This document shows, piece by piece, positions 59,340 to 64,000 of a stretch of DNA of 64,000 nt. The DNA is taken from positions 1 to 64,000 of the forward strand of contig CAZWDO010000020.1 of NCBI GenBank assembly GCA_964632485.1, given 5' to 3'. Both the position numbers and the translations under genes were made by a program. Source of the DNA: an uncultured bacterium. Its GTDB lineage: Bacteria > JAGOEH01. The notes under the pieces are model-generated. The model worked only from the letters and a program-made list of their open reading frames with translations. It did no database searches and had not been told where the DNA came from. How positions within the stretch are numbered: position 1 is the stretch's first letter; each line of letters opens with the position of its first letter.

Positions 59340-60983
59340 ATGTTTAAACAAGTATCTTTTAAGACTAAATTACTCGTCCTTTTAGTAGGCATCAACATCC
59401 TGATTATTCTCTTCATGCTTATCTATTTCCCGAGCCAGACAAAAAAGGCTGGAATGGCATTTATTTATGAGAAAGCGAAAACCGTGACGAAAATGACCGG
59501 AGCAGCAGCCAGTGTCGGGCTGATGTTCGAGGATCAGGGATCAATCAATGATGCTCTGAATTTAGGTAAACAAACCGATGAGTTTCTATTTGTTGAAGTT
59601 TTTAATAAAACAAACGTATCGATTGTGGGTATCAACCATGAAAAAATGGCGATCGATCCCAAACAGTTTATCTCCGAAGAAGAAATAATGTTTAAAGAAA
59701 GCGGCGATACGCTCTATTGCGCCTATCAAATTGACGATGGGAGCGGAGGGAAACTGGGATTAGTCGTTATGGGTTTCACCCTGGAAAATACCTTTAAGAG
59801 TTACCAGAGCAATTTCCGGATTACCTTGTTGGTTTCTGTCATCATGTTGATCATTATGGTCATTTTTAGTATCTTTATCGGCCGCTTAGTAACGAAGCCT
59901 ATCTATTTAATGATAAATCGAATTAAAGATATTGCGCAGGGTGAAGGCGATTTAACCAAAAAAATTGATTATAACAGCCACGATGAGTTTGGAGAGCTGG
60001 CCAGTTGGTTTAATATTTTTATGGACCAATTACGCAAGATAATTATTGAAATTAAAAGTAATGTTACAGTAGTTGATAAAGCAGTGGTCCTTATCACTGA
60101 TATTACTAATCAATTGACGGAAGACTCGAAGATGCAGAATTCACAGATTCATCAGGTAGCTTCGGCAATTGAAGAAATCACTTCAACAATTATTGAGACC
60201 AGTAATAATGCCAATCAAGTATCTGAAGTGGCTCAAATTGCATCGGATCTTTCTGTGAAGGGTACTGAAGTAGTCCAAAAAGCGATTAATGAGATTCGGA
60301 CGATTGCGGACATTGTTAATAATGCCGCTGAGATTATTCGAACCTTGGGTAAAAGCTCCGACGAGATTGGTGAAGTGATATCCGTGATTGATAATATTGC
60401 CGATCAGACCAACTTATTGGCGTTGAACGCCGCAATTGAAGCTGCGCGCGCAGGTGAACAGGGGCGTGGATTTTCAGTGGTTGCCGATGAAGTTCGCAAG
60501 CTGGCGGAACGCACGACCAATGCGACCAAAGAGATCGCCGATATGATTAATAATATCCAGAAGGATACAGCGCAGGCGGTAGAATCGACCGAGTATGGTA
60601 CGAAATACGTAGAACAGGGCGTTGCCTCGAGTAATGAAGCGGGCAGTAACCTGGGGCAAATTAAAGAGCGAATCAATACGGTACTGGAAATGGTTAAAAA
60701 TATCGCGCTGGCTGCCCGGGAAGAATCTTCTGCATCGGAACAAATATCGGAAAATGTGGTTACCATCACAGAAATTATTAATAAAAATTCGGAACAGGTC
60801 GATATGCTCGGCAGTTCAACGCAGGAACTTTACTCTAAAACCGAATCCCTGAGAAATCTTGTTGGTAAATTCAAGTTGGGCGATATTACCGATGAACCGC
60901 GCGCCGACAAGCAGCCGACTACGCCTCAACCCCCTAAACCAGGCTATAAAAGACCGGCAACCGGACTGCGGCAAGTCGTATAA
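59340..60983 (+). CDS. methyl-accepting chemotaxis protein (2 TM, HAMP, signalling domain)
   Basis: [48 protein letters not shown]...DEFGELA. Confidence 0.95.
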   Translation: MFKQVSFKTKLLVLLVGINILIILFMLIYFPSQTKKAGMAFIYEKAKTVTKMTGAAASVGLMFEDQGSINDALNLGKQTDEFLFVEVFNKTNVSIVGINHEKMAIDPKQFISEEEIMFKESGDTLYCAYQIDDGSGGKLGLVVMGFTLENTFKSYQSNFRITLLVSVIMLIIMVIFSIFIGRLVTKPIYLMINRIKDIAQGEGDLTKKIDYNSHDEFGELASWFNIFMDQLRKIIIEIKSNVTVVDKAVVLITDITNQLTEDSKMQNSQIHQVASAIEEITSTIIETSNNANQVSEVAQIASDLSVKGTEVVQKAINEIRTIADIVNNAAEIIRTLGKSSDEIGEVISVIDNIADQTNLLALNAAIEAARAGEQGRGFSVVADEVRKLAERTTNATKEIADMINNIQKDTAQAVESTEYGTKYVEQGVASSNEAGSNLGQIKERINTVLEMVKNIALAAREESSASEQISENVVTITEIINKNSEQVDMLGSSTQELYSKTESLRNLVGKFKLGDITDEPRADKQPTTPQPPKPGYKRPATGLRQVV

Positions 60984-60986
60984 AAT

Positions 60987-61310
60987 ATGGCCAAGTCGCC
61001 ATATAACCTTATTCCTCTTGCTGAAGACGTTGTTAAAATCGAATTTGTGTCAACTTTAGTTTATCCTGAAAATTATTTTCTAAAAGATTTACTTAAACAT
61101 ATTGAAAACAACAACGCCATTAAGATAATCTATTTAGATTTTAAAGAATGTGATTTTGTCGATAGCTCTTCCATCGGAATCTTTATTGGTTTTATACGGA
61201 GAGTACGGCCCAGAAAATTGAAAGTTTTTTTTCAGAATGCGTCAAACTATATTCAAGAGATTTTTCAAGTCGTAAATTTATCATTTTTAAATGAGGATAA
61301 TACACCGTGA
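60987..61310 (+). CDS. STAS domain protein (anti-sigma factor antagonist-like)
   Basis: LDFKECDFVDSSSIG. Confidence 0.85.
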   Translation: MAKSPYNLIPLAEDVVKIEFVSTLVYPENYFLKDLLKHIENNNAIKIIYLDFKECDFVDSSSIGIFIGFIRRVRPRKLKVFFQNASNYIQEIFQVVNLSFLNEDNTP

Positions 61311-61481
61311 TTGAATGGAAAATTATGAGTAACTGTAAAATAATAAGAAGCCGGGTTTTTTATTATAAATTTAAATTGGCGGATTAGAAATGAAAGGGAG
61401 CAGTTGCAAGATGAGCCTGGGAAAAAGTGATTGCAGGGAATTAAAAAAGCGGAAAAAAATGGCGTTAAAGAAAAAAAAGAC

Positions 61482-61510
61482 TTGCTTTTCAGTTGAAAGT
61501 TTATTATATT
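61482..61510 (+). promoter_or_regulatory. promoter of tRNA operon
   Basis: TTGCTT-N17-TATATT with an A-rich upstream tract. Confidence 0.55.
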
Positions 61511-61523
61511 AGAACTCATTAAC

Positions 61524-61596
61524 GCGGGAATAGCTCAGTTGGTAGAGCTCTACCTTGCCAAGGTAGTTGTCGCGGGTTCGAGTCCCGTTTCCCGCT
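61524..61596 (+). tRNA. tRNA-Gly(GCC)
   Basis: Acceptor GCGGGAA/TTCCCGC; anticodon arm CTACC-TTGCCAA-GGTAG; TTCGAGT loop; no encoded CCA. Confidence 0.96.
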
Positions 61597-61609
61597 TTTT
61601 TTTTTGTAT

Positions 61610-61681
61610 GGCGACATAGCCAAGTGGTAAGGCAGAGGCCTGCAAAGCCTTTATCCCCCGGTTCGAATCCGGGTGTCGCCT
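61610..61681 (+). tRNA. tRNA-Cys(GCA)
   Basis: Acceptor GGCGACA/TGTCGCC; GAGGC-CTGCAAA-GCCTT; U73 discriminator. Confidence 0.95.
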
Positions 61682-61696
61682 CGTTTTGGAAATGGC

Positions 61697-61782
61697 GCCG
61701 AAGTGGCGAAATTGGTAGACGCACGGGACTTAAAATCCCGCGTGGCTTCAACCACGTACCGGTTCGAGTCCGGTCTTCGGCA
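61697..61782 (+). tRNA. tRNA-Leu(TAA)
   Basis: Acceptor GCCGAAG/CTTCGGC; CGGGA-CTTAAAA-TCCCG; long variable arm CGTGG...CCACG. Confidence 0.95.
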
Positions 61783-61868
61783 CTATTTACATTTGTAAAA
61801 ACTTCCCCCCCCAATAATCGATCAATCATTAAATTAAAAACATCTGCAATTTATTGGCTTCTTTCTCA

Positions 61869-61962
61869 CTCATTCCTGCGAAAACAGGCATCTACGCCAA
61901 TACCTCTCCTCATGTGCGCTTGTCACGGAATCTATGGCGCCAATCACCATCGTCATTCCCGC
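61869..61962. repeat. degenerate REP-like palindrome cluster
   Basis: CTCATTCCTGCGAAAACAGGCATCTA, CTCATGTGCGCTTGTCACGGAATCTA and a partial GTCATTCCCGC at about 40-nt spacing; they resemble GTCATTCC...GGAATC(C/T)A REP-type units. Confidence 0.5.
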
Positions 61963-62086
61963 CATCCGTATTGGAAAAACTGACCACAGTTTCAAAGAGA
62001 CTGGCGGGAATAGCGTTATTCGCTTCTTTGAATTCAATTTCTCTGCCTTCGCCCCGATGGATTAAATCGTCAATGTCCCGGGAAGG
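61910..62086 (-). pseudogene. Schlafen/AlbA_2 domain N-terminal remnant
   Basis: Frame reads DLIHRGEGREIEFKEANNAIPASLFETVVSFSNTDGG and then loses similarity; it is preceded in frame by TAG and has no start codon. Confidence 0.7.
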
Positions 62087-62109
62087 CTATTTGGGTAAGG
62101 GATTCTTGT

Positions 62110-63045
62110 TTAATCTGGAATTTCATTCAATTGGTCAATCGAATCGAAGCTGATGCATTTGATTGATTTATCAATTTGACGCAGAATACCGTTTAATACC
62201 TTACCCGGAGACAATTCTATAAAGAGTTTGGGCTGGCGCGCCTGGATTTTTTCGATGATTTCCACCCATCGCACGGGCGAAATGATCTGTTCGACCAGCA
62301 TTTTTTTGATTTGCTCGGGGTCCTCGGGATAGGGTTCGGCAGTCAGATTGGCATAGACGGGGAACTGGGGTTTATTTAATTGGATGGTAGCGAAGAAATC
62401 ATTCATAGTATCGCAGGCGGGGCGCATATATTCGGAATGCCAGGGGCCGCTGACGTTGAGGGATACGACTTTTAATGCGCCTATGGCTTTGGCTTTTTCA
62501 CCCGCTTCATTGAGGAGGGCTTTATCGCCGGAAAGAATCACTTGCTTGGGCGAATTGATATTGGCGATAGTAATGACGCCGCGTTTGGATAGTTCGTCGA
62601 CAATTTCACGTAGAGAGTTCAGGGCCAGTCCCATAACGGCAATCATACCGCCCCGGCATTTACCGGCGGCTTCATGCATAGCTTGACCGCGGATGGATAC
62701 GGCCTTGATAACCTGCTCAAAGTCAAATACTCCGGCGGCGTATAACGCGACGTATTCTCCCAGGGAGTGGCCTGCCGCCATGCCGGGCGTTAGTTTCTTG
62801 TTTCGTTTGAGAATTTCATACGCGCAGATACTTACAAACGTTAAGCAAACCTGGGCATTATCGGTGCGCGTCAACAATTCCTCCGGCCCCTTATATGCGA
62901 GATCGGCAATCGGAATATTGGATATCTGTTGCGCTTTTTGCAGGTAGTTTTCAATAAACGGAAAATCGGCGGATCGAAAGCTCAAACCCATACCGACATA
63001 CTGGGAAGCCTGCCCGGGACCGAGAATCACATTATTAATACTCAT
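62110..63045 (-). CDS. fabD: malonyl-CoA:ACP transacylase
   Basis: PGQASQYVGMG, AGHSLGEY, RGQAM, NSPKQVILSG, VSGPWHS, SPVRW. Start ATG 63045 (RBS AAGGAG). Confidence 0.93.
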   Translation of the reverse strand: MSINNVILGPGQASQYVGMGLSFRSADFPFIENYLQKAQQISNIPIADLAYKGPEELLTRTDNAQVCLTFVSICAYEILKRNKKLTPGMAAGHSLGEYVALYAAGVFDFEQVIKAVSIRGQAMHEAAGKCRGGMIAVMGLALNSLREIVDELSKRGVITIANINSPKQVILSGDKALLNEAGEKAKAIGALKVVSLNVSGPWHSEYMRPACDTMNDFFATIQLNKPQFPVYANLTAEPYPEDPEQIKKMLVEQIISPVRWVEIIEKIQARQPKLFIELSPGKVLNGILRQIDKSIKCISFDSIDQLNEIPD

Positions 63046-63190
63046 TTCAGCTCCTTTCAAGCGATAGCGAGAGAATACAGTCTATTTATTTTAATGAAAA
63101 GTCTCATTGGATAGTTTTTTCCCAATGATGTAAAAGCATCCAGTTTTATTACGTCAGCCATCATGAATCGTGATTCGTCACGTTTAACAA

Positions 63191-63217
63191 GAGGCCCTGC
63201 ATTAGGGACAGGGCCTC
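63191..63217 (-). terminator. hairpin downstream of trpB2
   Basis: GAGGCCCTG-cattaggga-CAGGGCCTC; weak U-tract. Confidence 0.55.
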
Positions 63218-63248
63218 CTGAGTATTGTAACACGTAGTAATGGGGAGA

Positions 63249-64000
63249 TTATACCTGGGGAAGATGATGGGTGTATTCATCGATTTTCTGAGTCGGAAGT
63301 TCGTAGTCATGTAGTTTTCCATCGATATAGGACTGGTAGGCGCCGAGATCGAGAAAACCGTGCCCTGAGAGGTTGAACAAAATGGTTTTGGGGGTACCGG
63401 CTTCTTTGCAGTCAAGGGCGTGTTTGATGGCGGCTTTGATGGCATGAGCGCTTTCCGGGGCCGGGATTATGCCTTCGGCTTTAGCAAACAATTGCGCGGC
63501 GGCAAAGACTTCCAATTGATGGTAGGTTTCTGCTTCGATGATATCCAGATGTTTGAGATGGGAAACCAGGGGCGCCATTCCATGATAGCGCAATCCGCCG
63601 GCATGGATTGAAGGCGGGATAAATTTATGGCCTAAAGTGAACATCTTAACCAAGGGCGTTAAACCCGCTTCATCGCCGAAATCATAGGCAAAAACTCCTT
63701 TAGTCAGAGTCGGGCAGGAAAAGGGCTCAACCGCAATGATGCGCAATCCATTTTGACCCTTGGCGATTTTTTCGCGGACAAAGGGGAAACTCAGCCCGGC
63801 AAAATTGCTGCCGCCGCCAACACAAGCCAAAATAATATCCGGATAATCGCCGGCTATTTCCATCTGTTTAAGGGCTTCTTCGCCAATGATAGTCTGGTGT
63901 AATAAAACATGGTTTAAGACGCTGCCCAGGGCATAGTTCGAATCATCCCGCTGAGCGGCAATTTCGACGGCTTCGCTGATAGCTATGCCAAGTGAACCCG
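63249..64000 (-). CDS. trpB2: TrpB2-type tryptophan synthase beta chain (5' part outside the window)
   Basis: [12 protein letters not shown]...[14 protein letters not shown] upstream of the called [44 protein letters not shown]. Confidence 0.9.
   Translation of the reverse strand, partial: GSLGIAISEAVEIAAQRDDSNYALGSVLNHVLLHQTIIGEEALKQMEIAGDYPDIILACVGGGSNFAGLSFPFVREKIAKGQNGLRIIAVEPFSCPTLTKGVFAYDFGDEAGLTPLVKMFTLGHKFIPPSIHAGGLRYHGMAPLVSHLKHLDIIEAETYHQLEVFAAAQLFAKAEGIIPAPESAHAIKAAIKHALDCKEAGTPKTILFNLSGHGFLDLGAYQSYIDGKLHDYELPTQKIDEYTHHLPQV

Noticed and set aside
61509..62153. ORFs 61509-61829, 61567-61983 and 61854-62153
   Set aside because: They overlap tRNA genes or are antisense to the AlbA_2 remnant; spurious.

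Overview
Chromosomal window from a Gram-negative bacterium, probably an FCB-superphylum candidate lineage. This is inferred from a T9SS-type C-terminal domain, a btuB-btuG-like B12 locus and a beta-propeller/Y_Y_Y sensor kinase, together with Shine-Dalgarno sites and sigma70-type promoters. It is a scaffold with five 10-N gaps. From left to right: (1) an AT-rich accessory segment (1-4850) with a VSD-CASTOR/POLLUX-like ion channel interrupted by an in-frame TAG, a WG-repeat lipoprotein and a divergent WYL regulator; (2) purH-smg-topA-xerC; (3) DUF4412-maf-degenerate lnt-GNAT; (4) a CoA-activase coupled to a T9SS-type GHL10 hydrolase; (5) an orphan promoter-terminator unit of about 115 nt whose frame ends in an SSB-tail-like MEGFEEIPF; (6) GNAT, HTH-malic enzyme, GGDEF-HEAT-rsmB, degenerate LplA-amylase-sppA, aminotransferase-dsbD, sensor kinase, cupin and GH20; (7) a cobalamin riboswitch with btuB and a btuG-like gene; (8) a nagX-nanE-PGM-HAD-GH38-GH94-GHL10-tkt glycan cluster; (9) MCP-STAS, tRNA-Gly/Cys/Leu, an AlbA_2 remnant with REP-like repeats, fabD and partial trpB2. 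No CRISPR array, prophage or intact IS element was seen. Best candidates for new biology are the amino-sugar/phosphorolysis cluster, the WYL island, the small SSB-tail-like transcript and two apparent pseudo-enzymes. All family calls come from recognising motifs by eye; no database search was run.
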